DNA from: an uncultured Planctomycetaceae bacterium
GTDB taxonomy: Bacteria; Planctomycetota; Planctomycetia; Pirellulales; PALSA-1355
Reading direction: 5' to 3'
NCBI GenBank assembly: GCA_963785305.1
Contig: CAWAUV010000004.1
Span: 534,800-598,799 of the forward strand
Length of the DNA: 64,000 nt
The translations under genes and the position numbers were made by a program. Below, one piece after another: positions 36,400-49,199 of this stretch. Within the stretch, counting starts at the first letter, position 1, and every line of letters begins with the position of its first letter. Below the pieces are notes generated by a model that worked only from the letters and a program-made list of their open reading frames with translations, made no database searches and was not told where the DNA came from.

Positions 36400-39295
36400 A
36401 AATAAAAACCCATATAAAGTATACTAGAATATAAAATATGATTTAATAATAAAATAATAAATTAAAAGTATAAATAGTAAAGTATAAATAATATATAATA
36501 TATAAAAGCTTAATTAATTAAATATTTATAAGAAATTATTCTCTAAGTTTATAAAAAAACTAGCTTTCTTATATAATTTCTATAAGTTATATATAAAAGA
36601 CTATAGCCTTTATTATATAACCTAAATCTTAAAACCACTAAAATAATATAATTTTTAATAAGTATAGCTTGCTATACTATAATAATAAAGCCCCTAATAG
36701 CTTTAATATATAAGAGAGTTCTATTTAAATAGATAAATTAGTATTAAGAAGATTTTACTAAGCTAAAGCAAGCTATATTCTTAATACTAATTCTATATTA
36801 TTATAACTCAAATCTCCTTATTATAATTAAGATAAATATATTAAATAAAGTTATAGCCGGTATTTTCTTATAATAAGACCCCTAAATAGAACTCTAATAT
36901 CCGATAGTATTCTTTTCTAAAACTATATAATTAGTAGAGCTAAATTATAATATCTATAATAAAGAAATACTTATTATTATTCTTTTTTAATTAAATAGTA
37001 AATAGAGCTAGAAGGCCTATAAGAGGCATTTTTTATAATTTACTTAGATTACTAAATCTTTAAATATTTTATAATTATAAAGAAGCTCTTAGTAAAATAA
37101 GTTTACTAGATAAAATACCTTTTCTATTACTATTTCAAGCTTATATATTAGATAGGTAAGTTAAATTAATAAGTAAATATCCTAAATAGAAAATATAAGA
37201 ATATAATTACCTAAAATAAGGTAATAATAGCTTATTAAACCCAAATTCTCCTTCTATAATAAAAGATTAATAATAATATTAGACGAGATCTCTAATTAGC
37301 CCTAATTAAGGCCTTTATAAGCCTGGCTTAAAAAGAAATCTAGTATAATAATATCTAGCTAGTAAATAAGCTATTAAGCAAGAACTAAGAATTACTAGAA
37401 CTAGAAAAGCTATAAAATAAAGTAAGAAATAAGAAAAAAGATACTTAGATACTATAAAATAGTTTTTTCTTATAATATAATAAACTATTTATATCTAATA
37501 GTATAATAATACTCGAAATACTTTTATATATTACTTTTATTTAGGAGATATATATATAGCCCCTAATAGGATATCCAGAATAAGCCAAGCTTTAATAGCT
37601 TTTTTAGGCCTACTATTACTAGCTAGGCCAAAGTATAAATATTAATTACTATAGAAATAATTACTATATTTACTAATAATCCTATATCTCTAGAAATAAG
37701 AAGCCAGGGCTCTTATATCTATTACTAGTTCCTAATTATCCCTAGTAATATATATTAGTAGATTTTAAGAAATATCTAGAAAGTAGGAACTAGTATAATA
37801 TAGTAGTAATCTTTATTAATTATTTGGGCAAGTATCTTATTATAATTCCTGTCCGAAATATAGTAATAGCTAAAGAGTTAGTATTCTTATTTCTTACCTA
37901 TATAGTTTATTAAGTTAGTATTCCGGAAATTATAGTATCTAATTAAGGCCTCTAGTTTATATTAGATTTCTAGAGCAAATTCTATAAGTATATTAGTATA
38001 AAGCTTAAGTTATTAATTACTAACTATTCCTAAACTAATAACTAGATAGAGATTATTAACTAGTACTTTAATTAATAGCTATATTTCTATATAAATTACT
38101 ACTAGAATAATTAAAATAAATAAATATTAATAATTAATTACTAGTAAGTAGCTCTAGTTTATAAGATTATAGACTAATCTCCGTTTCTTATAGAGAAGAG
38201 TTATAAACCGCAGATATTATTTAATTAGGAAACCTAAATATAATTAGATACCCTAAAGAAAGAGTTAAATAGATAAGAGGCAAAGGCTTTAGTAATATAG
38301 CTTTATAAATTATAATAAAAGATATAAGAAAATATAATATAAGTATAAGAATATTATATTACTTAAGCTAATAAGTATTACTAACTAGTAGACTTTAAAA
38401 TAGGAAATAAGATATAAATTACTACTAAGTACTAGAAGAATAATTATTTGAGCTATAAGCTGGCTTACTAAATAGAAGAACTATATGAAATCCTGGAATA
38501 AATAGGATATTTCTTTAGGTTCAAGCTTCTGGAATTAATAAGAATATATCCGGTATTTTATATAGAGAAGCTATATAAAGATCCAGGTAATTCTTTTTCC
38601 GGATAAGCAAATCCGGAGCCTCTGCTATTAGAACTATAAGATAGGGAAATGAAATATAAAGTTTAAGAAATACTAGTAATAAAGCTACTTTATAGGAAGC
38701 TAAAGTACTAAGTCTAGTAAAAAGGATAAAACCCAGATCCGGAGTAATATCCTGTTTCCTTATTAAGTAATAATACCCTAGCTCTTTAGAGCTTCTATAA
38801 TAAGAACCCCGAATAGCCAGAACTACTATAGAATCTCTCTTATTAGTTAGACTATACTAAGAATAATATATTACCGGAACTATATAATATAAACGGAAAT
38901 TCTTTAAAGTTATATATAAAAGGCCCTGACCTTTAATATATAACCTGCGACTTGGGAATTTAATAGGGACTTTCGAAGCTCGGGAACGAGCTTACTTTAA
39001 AGGAGGGGGGGGTAATATTACGGTTATTATAATATATAGTACTAGTAGGGGTTAGACTAGAGCTAGTAAGGCATCTGGTATCTGAGAGAGGTATCTGGTA
39101 TCTAAACGAGGCATCTGTAATTACCTAATTATTATATGTAATCCCGAGCTTAAGCTAGTATGTGGGCCCGTATATAGTTTGCAATTATTTAAATCTGAGG
39201 CTCTTTCGAGATCCTCTTCTCTCTTTAGCTTTGAATCATCGAAATAGAAATAGTCTAATTATGCCTTCCAGGCCCTAGATCTTATACTTATAATA
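36400..39295 (+). mobile_element. 5'-truncated RIP-degraded Ty3/gypsy element (RNase H, integrase, chromodomain, PPT, 3' LTR)
   Basis: YPIVFFSKTI*LVELNYNIYNKEIL at about 36,898 (RNase H HPVAF.S..NY.I.DKE relic); EYKV*EIL chromodomain relic at about 38,650; PPT AAAGGAGGGGGGGG at 38,999-39,012. Left boundary approximate. Confidence 0.8.
39016..39295 (+). repeat. Putative 3' LTR (about 280 bp) of the third gypsy element
   Basis: Starts TATTACGG three bases after the PPT and ends TTATAATA, compatible with RIP-mutated TGTCACGG...CCGTGACA. No partner LTR seen. Confidence 0.6.
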
Positions 39296-40644
39296 ACTAT
39301 AAGCTTTATTTATAATATTATTACTAATTTATATTACTAGTACTTTTATATTAATCTAAATTATTAAAATACTAAATATAGCTATTCTATTATAATTAGC
39401 TTATTAATCTTATTAAACTAAACTTATAGATTAAAAATATAATAAAACCTCTTTATAAATACTTTATAAAACAATTATATTATATATTATATATTATATT
39501 TAGCTTTTGAAATTTTTAAATAAAGTAATTATTCAAATTCCTATTAATTTACCTAATTCTTTATTAATTTCTTAATAAGTTTTATATAGGCTATTTTTAG
39601 AAATTCTTATATAAGTAATTAAATTTAATATATTATTAACTAAAGGAAGGAAAATTTAAAGGCATATAAGTCTCTAGAATATATAAGGCTTGAGAATATA
39701 TAAGCTATTATAGCTACTTTATTTAAATTTTACTAAAATCTTCCCAAAAATCTTTCTTTTATATATTAAGCTTATTAAAGCTCCTATTACTTTTATAATT
39801 ATAAAAATTATAATTAATATATATATAAGAATTTGAATGACTTTAAAAGGTTAAGAATTATAAAAGTTATATTTAAAGATCTCAAGAACTTAGAAAATAG
39901 TCTCAAATTTCTAAGTAAGAAAATAATATTAAAAGAACTTCAAAATTTTACAAATAAAAAAATTCTAATTAGAAGAATTCTGATTAATTTAAATTAAAGA
40001 AAATAATTAGAAAAGTATATAAGCTACTTGCAAGCTTATAAATATCTTGTATTATAAGTAATTTATTATATAAGAAGTAAAAAGTAAGGAAAAAGTCAAG
40101 TATAATATACGCAATGTTATTTGCAATGTTTTTTCGGGGTTTTGGCAGGAGGATCGCTATCGGCCTCGGTACGAGTACCCTGAGCAAGATTTATCACATC
40201 GTTATGTGGGTTTATCTTCCCGTTACTTCACGAAACATGCTTAACCCGACCTAGCTATAACTAGCTAGGTAGATACGTGGCCTGCGCCTCATAAACTGCA
40301 AGATGCAGCCATTTGCAGCGAGTGCTTTTTCGGCTTGCTTGGCATGCGAATGATAGGTTGCTTGGCTGCACCTTACCTATTTTGTCACCGAAACCATCCA
40401 TTACTGCCGCAGGCGCCGGCGGTGAGGCTGGGACGACGGCGTTGGAGCCTGGATCTCAAAACTTTGGCTTTCCTTCCACTTTTTCTGCTTCTTCATAGCG
40501 CTGTCTTCCTTCCCGTGGCTTCCAGCAATCTGAGGCGTATCGTTCCTCGTCGCATGCCACGGTTCAAAACGAGAGACATATTTCCAACACAAGTCGTCTG
40601 GATCAGCCGCAGTTGACCCAAATCTCCCTCAACAACAGCACATC

Positions 40645-43600
40645 ATGATTGACGATGAAGGAGATGACCAGAGTACCGATGGTAGTAATACCACGCCAAA
40701 CAGCTCAAGATTCAGTTCAAGGAACCCGCAAACCTCAGCGACATCAAGTGTTCCACCTCGAGCAGATGAGTGGGATCGTACGCTGCGCCATATTGGACTG
40801 AAAGACTTCGGAGAGGCCCTTGAAAACGCAGCAAGGGCTGTCTTCCCGAATAACAAGGGCTCGGATTACTCTCAGGTATATGTGCTTTTGATTTCATGGC
40901 AAACGGAGGATCCAAAGTTGCCAGTGGAAAGGGAAATTCAAGCACTTCGAGAAGTTCTTGAAGATATTTACCATTACGATATCGAGGAGTTCCGTATCCC
41001 TAATACTGCAAGTCATGCTGCAGTTAGCGAGAAGATTAATGACTTCGTTAAGGTCAATGATGATAGCAGTAATGATCTTAAGATTGTATATTATGCCGGT
41101 CATAGTCTACTTTCAAGAAACAAGGAACTTGTGTGGTCGGCGTATGTGTATTGTAGTGTGCCTAATATTATTCCTGCCGGCTGACTATATCTTAGTATTA
41201 GTGAGAAGACGAATATGAGAAACCCTAAAGTAGTCTGGAGTGGAATTCAGAGGTCACTAGAAATGGCACAAAGTGACGTCCTAATACTACTAGACTGCTG
41301 CTGGTCTGGGGTCGCTAATGAGACTGAAGGTAGTAGTATCACAGAACTGCTTTGTGCGTGTCCCTTTGATGGGCGAGCAAATGGAGTTGGGCACTACTCC
41401 TTTACTCAGGCACTAACTACAGAGCTGCGCCTGCTTAGCAAAATACCCCGCTTCTCTGTTGGTAGACTTTATATGGCCGTCTATACAAGAATGCAATCTT
41501 TCCTAATGCAGGGGGTTAATAACGAGCGGTACCCGCCTCCTGTTCACTTTGTTTTATCACAAGATGGGCCACTCGTCAGGGGTATCCACCTAGCAGTGCT
41601 AGTTCCTAAAGTCATCCACTCCCCAGAAAGGTCTACTCTAAACAACTTGAAGAGGTTTCGGGAAGACGAGCCCTCGAGCATGCAAAATAAGCGACGCAAG
41701 TCGAGTAGAATGGGAAGCTCAAGTATCGAAGAAGCTTTACAACATGGCGTGAACGAAACCAAGGACCAGAGCTCCCAGGGACCGAGCGACTGTGAAGAGA
41801 ATCGCACAGTTTTCGAGGAAGCTAATCCTTCTGAGAACGCCGAGAGAAGGGATCGAGAGGAACAAACCGGCGATCAGGAACAAAGCTCTATCCCGAAGGA
41901 CTCTCTACATCTACTCGATGCGCCAAGAGTTTTATTCGCAATTCGTTTCAGGGAGGATATACGTGGCGAAGATCTATCTGTAGAGCTCTTCCGAGAGTGG
42001 TTGCGATCAACGCCAACTGCTGTCGAAGAAGTACGTATTGAAGCCAGCTTCAAGTGTTTCTCGTCACTTGTACTCTTCACCGTGCCGTCTTCGATGTCGG
42101 CGTACATGCTACAACATCCAGCAGTTTTCCCTCTCGGTGCTGTCACGTCGTCTATCATTCTACCCTTCAGCAAAAAAGGAAACGAGACCTCGCACCAACA
42201 AGAGCTCAACGCAATACCAGATGGGGCGAATGTGATATATCGGCAGGCTAAAAATACAGCACTCTCTTCAGCAGTTCCGGACTCGGCAAGCACCTTTAGA
42301 GATGAATCTACTCACACAAATGTGGACCAGAGAATATTCCTCCGCTCGGGGGCGGTCAATCATGAAACCACTGATGGAATTGATTTTTTGCCATACTGTC
42401 CAACTACGAAATTTCCTGACCCTTACGCTGCTACCGATTCCACTCAGTATCCGAAACGAAAACTAGAGGCTGTTGATCCAAGCGACAGCGATGAGGAATA
42501 CGCCCACACAGCTCCACAGTCAGTCGCAGATCTCACTCTGACGGAAGGTTTGGTAAAGCTACTATCCATTGGTAAAATCCGCTTTCGCCCTTCATTTTTT
42601 TTAGATTCAGCTAACAATCCTTCGTGCAGATGGAGGGGGAGTCCGCGGCTTGGCTGCCCTGGTGATTCTTGAGCAAGTGATGGATCTTGCCAACGAGGAA
42701 AGACGGAAAGTTGGTCTTCCACGTCAGGAACCTTGGCAGATGTTCGATGTTATTGGAGGTACAAGCACGGGGGGGTAAGGAATGCAATCCATTTGCGCGC
42801 ATGCCTGGCTAATTCTGTTCAAGGCTTATTGCAATCATGCTTGGTCGACTTCGAATGCCTCTCGACAAGTGTAAAGAAGCCTACATGAACCTTTCCCAAA
42901 GAGCATTCACGCCCAAAAACATGTTCTCTAAAGCTATTGGAGGCCCTTTTGTCGGTCCAAATTTCAAAGTGGAACCACTTGAGCAAGCCATCAGAGAAAT
43001 CCTTGAAGCTGCTGGCCCCACTTTGGGAGTGGGCCCAGACGAAGCATTGCTTTACGAGGAAAACGGCCCTTGCAAAGTGTAAAGTGCCACTGCTCCGCCT
43101 TAAAATACTTTTCCAAGCTTGCTAATAATTGTCACAGCTTCGTGGTCTCTCATCTCCAAAACATACTGGGGCATACTACAATTTTCAGGTCCTACAGAAA
43201 CTTTGAAAGGCCAAAAGAGAAGTTCGATACCCTTTCCTCTCAGTTATTTAAGTTTTGAAGCTAACCTGCAGAACTTAGACTTGAGACCTTGAAAATTTGG
43301 CAGGCATGTCGGGGAACATCTGCAGCCACAACCTTTTTCGAGCCTCTTACGATTGGCGAGGATATCTACTCCGATGGGGGCCTGCTCTACAACAATCCAG
43401 TACAACTTGTTCACATCGAAGGGGCTGAAATGTTTCCTGGGCGAGAAACTCTTCTTCTTAGCCTCGGAACAGGAATCCCATCCGACAAGATATTCAATCC
43501 CAACTTCGCGAACGTTGGAAAACAGCTAGCAGACCTCGCAACCGAGACCGAAAAAGAGGCGGATGCCTTCTTCAGGAGGGATGGAGCGCAAGCAGCCCGC

Positions 43601-46600
43601 TCTCAGCGGTACTTTCGTTTCAACGTTCCGAATATTGGCGACATTGCTCTGGACGAAGCGAAGGAACTCAACACGATCAAAAATGCTGCCGAGAAATTTT
43701 TGAATGCAGGGGAAGTGAATTTGAAGATACGGAGTTGTTCGGAGCAGCTTGCAGAAGGTGAGCCTCGACTACCGAAGATCCCTGGGAGTGGGTTGAACAG
43801 GGTCACCGATGTTGCTCCTCTTGATGGCTCAGGCTTGCAGGAAATGTTTCAAAGTTTGAGACCTCAGTATTTCCTCGCGCCTCTTATCGTGAAGTGGTAC
43901 ATAAAATGTATCTTATTGTGTCGATTGAATCCAATTTCTTTTCTTCCAGGCATCCGCCACTCATCGAAAAGTCCACTAAATCTGACAAGCTGCAGGTACA
44001 AGCTACAGCAATATGGATGGTAAATCAAATAGGAATTGTTCGACCTAGTCTATCACTGACAGTTAACAGAAATCTTGAAAAGCCTTGAACCTTTCGCGGC
44101 GAACCCTCGGGAGGCTACAATACCATCACCTCATGAGGATACCTTCGGATGGATCTGGACCGAGAAAAAACACAATTTCGTCACTTGGCTAGAGAAAAGT
44201 CACGACGGCGTTTATTGGATAACAGGGCGGCCAGGGTCTGGAAAATCAACATTGATGAAATTCATCGTGAAGGATGAACGCACACAAAAATGCCTAGCAA
44301 CAGAAGCGGGTGATTTACCCCACAAGTTATTATGTTACTACTTTTACGATATAAGCGAGTTACCAACACAACAAGAAAGAAGTCTCGATGGGTTACTCCA
44401 TTACATTCTTTACCAGCTCCTAGGCTCCTTCCCTAATTTGCAAAGGAAAATTTCCAACCTCTTTACTCAAAAGGTGCTACCTCGTTGTCACGGTACCTCT
44501 GGAAATTTGACCTCGCCATGGTCCCTCGAACATCTGAAAGATGCTCTTATGGAAATTTCGAAGCAGAAGTATGTGCACGGGAAAATTTGCTTATTTGTCG
44601 ATGGCTTCGATGAATGTCAGGGAGATTCTGGCCAAGCCCTCGACTTTGTGCTTTCTTGGCTTGGCAGGATGCAGACGAGCGGCCTCAAGGTCAAGATTTG
44701 TATTGCAAGTCGATATATCCATGGCATAATGGAGCGTTTAAAACCGTCCCTTCAACGACCCTCGCTAGAACTCCACGAGTGGACGAGAGATGATATCCAG
44801 AAGTATGTCCAAGACCACCTCAATGACGCAGTGGGGAGATCCATCTCGTTGAGCTCTAAGAGTCACAGGGTCGTTGGGAATCAGCTCGTTTCAAATATAG
44901 TCGGAAACGCAGAGGGGGTTTTCATTTGGGTCAAGCTTGTTGTCGCTGATCTGGAATTGGGTCTGGAAGAATGCCAAGAGGAATCCCAGCTTCAATCACG
45001 TCTCAAAGCGCTCCCGCCCGAACTTGAAAACCTATACGAGCATATCATCAGCGAGATACCGATAAGAGACCTCCATGCGGTATTCAAATACTTCCGTCTT
45101 CTCCTCCGTGCTCCTGGCGATAAGTGCACACTCACACTCTTGCAACTTCTGGTTGCAGCCCAGCAGCCCGAGGAAGCCGTAACTTGTGAGGTCGAGTACC
45201 ACTCCGGAGCCGGTCACGACGAGTTCTTGTTCCAAAAGCTAGAATTGATGAGAGATCATCTAAAACGGCGCTGTCGAAATTTGATACAAATTCGGAACAG
45301 AAAATATGCCTCAAGACGATGGGATCCCTTGAGGCGGGAAAATGTGACATTCATACATGTTACACTGAAAGAGTTTCTCAAGAAGACAGAAGTACAGCAG
45401 AGGATCCGTGATAGAATCACCAGTTCAGGAATGGAGATAGTTGCTTCAGCCGATAAGTTGCTGATGGCCTCTTACCTCCGGCTTTTGAAATGCCAAGTTT
45501 CTCATATTCCTCATTGGGCAGCCGCCAAGACTCACATGCTAAAAGAAGTCCGCGAACCAAAAGATGAGAGTGGGAGCGAAAAAAACCAGTCTCCGAGAAG
45601 CTTGACTCAAAAGTCTTTCTTTGACGATCATGATGAAAGAGACGAAGCTGAATATGAAGAAGAGATTAAACGCAGGGCCCCAGACAACGCCATAATGAAG
45701 TTTTTCAACTACGCTCAAATTCTGGAGACTCAACTCCGCATACCCCAGACGGCATACATCGATGAACTCAACCGAGTTCTGACACATGCTGATCCTGACT
45801 GGGTTTCCAAGTTCTATTATCACAGGACCTCTCATCAGGTGCATGGAATAGACATCTTATGTCTTGCAGTTTGCTGCAAGCTGAAGCTCTACGTGAAACA
45901 GAAATCAACCTCTCAACTCGTCAACAAAGAACGTCGGCCGCCCCTTCTATTCTACGCCATGAACCCAACAGGTTGGGCCCACGAACCCGTGGATCTCAAA
46001 TTTCTCAAGCTACTCCTCAGGGGAAAAGTGGAACTCAATGAAAGCTGGTTTGACAATGGAAGAGAGAAAACGATTTGGGGGCACACATTCCAACACTACC
46101 TTCGTATCGGTACAAGTTATCCAGAAGCAAGCTGGGAGAATGTCCTAGATTTATTGCTCAAAAATGGGGCAGACCCAAATCAGAAAGTTCCTCTACAGGA
46201 TGCAACCTATACCACGGCTCTCCATTTATTGGTAGACCAATATGGGAAGGTCTCATCGAAGGACCACAAGCAGGCGGTTGAGCGAGTCATCGAACGTCTC
46301 ATCAAGCATGGCGCTGATGTAGAGAACAAGGACTCAAATGGCTTTACTGCATTCGAATGTGCCAAAACTTCAGGCCAGCATGTTTTTAGCGTCTTTCAGA
46401 GAGCTGTCGGCGATGGATTAAGTGACAAACGCATTGCCACTCCTACCATGAAGACCCGAGCTCGCAGATCCGTGTGGATGAAATCCCAAAATGATAATCA
46501 TACAGGAAATTTGCCAACATACAGCGGACTCAACCAGGAAATTTCTGTGACAGCTCTAGAACCCTCATTATCAAAAACATTAACAAAAACACGAACAGAA

Positions 46601-46777
46601 AGTTCGTTCCAACATAGCATATCACAACAACCACAGAAAGATCACATGGGCAGCAGCAGTCCAATAACAAAACAGAAGAAAGGGGAGCATGATGGAGCTG
46701 TCAAGAGGCGATCGAAGCGACTCCACTCGGAGATTGAGCTCGACGATGCAGAGGAGATGCAGGTTGAGTATCGATAG
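40645..46777 (+). CDS. Spliced fungal NLR-like gene: caspase-like (peptidase C14/CHAT-type) + patatin-like phospholipase + NACHT + ankyrin-like region, about 1,850-1,900 aa
   Basis: Frame-consistent GT-AG introns with CTRAY branch sites at 41142-41195, 42572-42629, 42775-42823, 43079-43137 and 43222-43278. Motifs IVYYAGH, LLDCC, LLSI|DGGGVRG, GGTSTGG, IWQACRGTSAA, DGG, GRPGSGKST, LFVDGFDEC, LLLKNGADPN..TALH..LIKHGADVE. Splicing between 43,757 and 44,070 is unresolved, but in-frame routes exist. Confidence 0.75.
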
Positions 46778-47269
46778 ACCAGCGATCGCTATCGAAAATA
46801 CCGACAAAAAGAAGCCTTGGCCTAGCAGAAGGGAAACCTCAATAGCTCCTATGAGGCGGGAATTACACGCTCTGGGTGGTGTGAATGCAATTCACGCAGA
46901 GGATCGCGGTAGTTTGTCCTTTCTACACATTTGTGAAGGAGTGTCATTCTAGAATGCACTAAAAGTAAGCCCGCCAGACCCCCCTCCGACCTTGGCTTGA
47001 TCGCTTCTTCGCCTGAACCTCTCTAGCCTGTCTCAATGCCTTCATAAAGTCAAACTCCACCTACTGCTTGATATTCTGCTCTCTACGGCTCACAGCATGG
47101 TTTCAAACGTCGGCAGTGGTTCTGAGGCCGAGATGTAAGACAACATATTCCTCCGCAAGATAGCACAAGTGGCTCATTAATCTCCATCAGGCACAACTGC
47201 TCCAAGTCTGGAGACCTTGTCGGTGTTGGAGGCTGGGCGAATGGACATGGTTCGGAAGACAAGGTGTCC

Positions 47270-47411
47270 AAGAAGAACAAGAAGAAGAAGAAGAACAAGA
47301 AGAAGAAGAAGAAGAAGAAGAAGAACAAGAAGAAGAAGAAGAAGAAGAAGAAGAAGAAGAACGAGAAGAAGAAGAAGAACAAGAAGAAGAAGAAGACAAG
47401 AAGAAGAAGAA
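47270..47411. repeat. (AAG)n microsatellite with AAC interruptions
   Basis: Directly visible, about 140 bp. Confidence 0.95.
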
Positions 47412-48743
47412 GACAGCATCTGGAGACAGTCTCGACAGACGATCTCGGTCGAAGAACTCGGAGCGGAACAAAAGCCCTATGACACGATGGCTGAATGGGG
47501 ACAGGAAGGCCGGCCCATGGAGTTATGTGAAATAGGGAGAAATGGTCGTTAACGATCGACATTTGTTGAAAACTAGATGACAATGCCGAGGTGTCTTAGA
47601 TCCAAATTGTGAGGGATAACTTCGCCAGCGCTAAGACTGATCGAAATGCATCTGGCCAAGAATCCCCCCCCCAGATTGACCTCCCCGGATTAGTCTGTCT
47701 ATATATGCACCTCACTTCTAATGCATGTCGTTGCCCCCACTGTCGCCGAAAGTGACCAAGACACGGACAAGCTCAGGATGGATAGCCTGAACCATCTCGG
47801 CTAGTCACCGTCACTAGTGCGTGCAATTTGGGAAGCTTTTTTGAATTATTGAAGCTTCACCACGTATTCAGTATCGAAGGAATTGCAGAGGAGGCGGGGA
47901 GTACGTACACTATCGTCTCAACTAATCTTGAATACACAGATATGAAGTTCAAGGACCCGCAGAACATTAGTCAGGCATCAACCCTAAAAGAGCATCGAGA
48001 AGGAGGAAGCGATTAGACCTCACTTATCGGCTTCCAAAGTCCTCAAGGGCGCAAGTGGGTATTTACAGAGACGGAACTGAAGATTCACACGCTTCCGGCA
48101 GCAGCCCCTTGGTCGGTAATGGTTCGGTCACGTGTCAACCCGGTTATGACGACATGACCATTAACCAAAGCAGCGACATGTTAGAAATTGGGGCCTAACG
48201 AGCCTAATCACAGTAGTCTGTACGTACAGGGCATTTTAGTTATATTTAAAATTTCAAACCTCTAAATTCTTAGGAATTAATTAATAAAATCATACTTCTA
48301 TTACTTTATTTCTTAGAATCTAAATATTAAATCTTAATTATTCTTTATTATCTTATAATATTTAAGTAATTACAGGAACTTTAATATTTAAAAGCCTATA
48401 AGCAAGTTTATAAAGCCTGAATCTATCTAGAAAATATCCTATATATATAAATTATTTTAATTAGGCTTATAATAATATCTAATTCTATAGGTTTATATAT
48501 ATAGAATATTTTCCGGATATTTTTAGATTATATATTACGTAGTACTAGTTACGTAATACTATTATACGTGACTTAGTATATAGCTAGTACTTTTAGCCCG
48601 GTATATAGCCTTTAGCTCAATTTAGGCTCTTTACTACTACTATAATATTACCTTAATATAATATTATATAAAAACTATTTTAGGATCTTAAATAATAAAT
48701 GTCTTTATAATTATTTAATTATTATAAGATAATAATAAATAAT

Positions 48744-48826
48744 GAGATCAGGGCCACTTTACTAAAATTAAATCCTGGCGGCCTTATATAAGCTCCGGGA
48801 CCAGTCTTTAATTTTGCCCTAATCTC
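48744..48826. repeat. Junction cruciform J1 (divergent variant)
   Basis: GAGATCAGGGC-CACTTTACT-AAAATTAAATCCTGGC-loop-ACCAGTCTTTAATTTT-GCCCTAATCTC. Confidence 0.85.
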
Positions 48827-49199
48827 AATTCGAGATTAAGAAAGTAACTTTAGCTTTAATATAAAGCTTTCTCTCTCTCTTTATAAACTACTATATCTCT
48901 AATTATATTTATAGAGCTCTTTTTCTTCTTTTATAAACTCTTTTTCTTACTTATAAAATCCTTCTTTTATTAAATATAGCTATATTATACTTATAAGCTT
49001 ATACTAATATAATATATAAATATAAAGGAAATTAGTTTTTAAGAGTTTTTATTTAAATATTTAGCTTTTAGCTTTATATACCGGACCTGATTTACTTTCT
49101 TATTTTGCTTCTAGTATATATTATAAGTAAAGAACTAGCCAAGGTCTATAAAAGGCTTTTTTTAATTATAAGAGAAGTAATATTACTCTTATAGGCTAT

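Noticed and set aside
24374..40090. AT-rich DNA as an organelle genome, endosymbiont or phage insert
   Set aside because: No ORFs, strong TpA excess and recognisable gypsy motifs carrying C>T/G>A changes indicate RIP-degraded fungal nuclear repeats.
47083..47583. Poly-K/R/F/S/L ORFs
   Set aside because: Translations of the (AAG)n microsatellite; no supporting gene structure.
48218..48260. CTGTACGTACAG palindrome and TA|CAGGG at the island edge as a Tc1/mariner TIR
   Set aside because: No partner TIR or transposase relic found; CCCTG at about 40,177 is followed by AG rather than TA.
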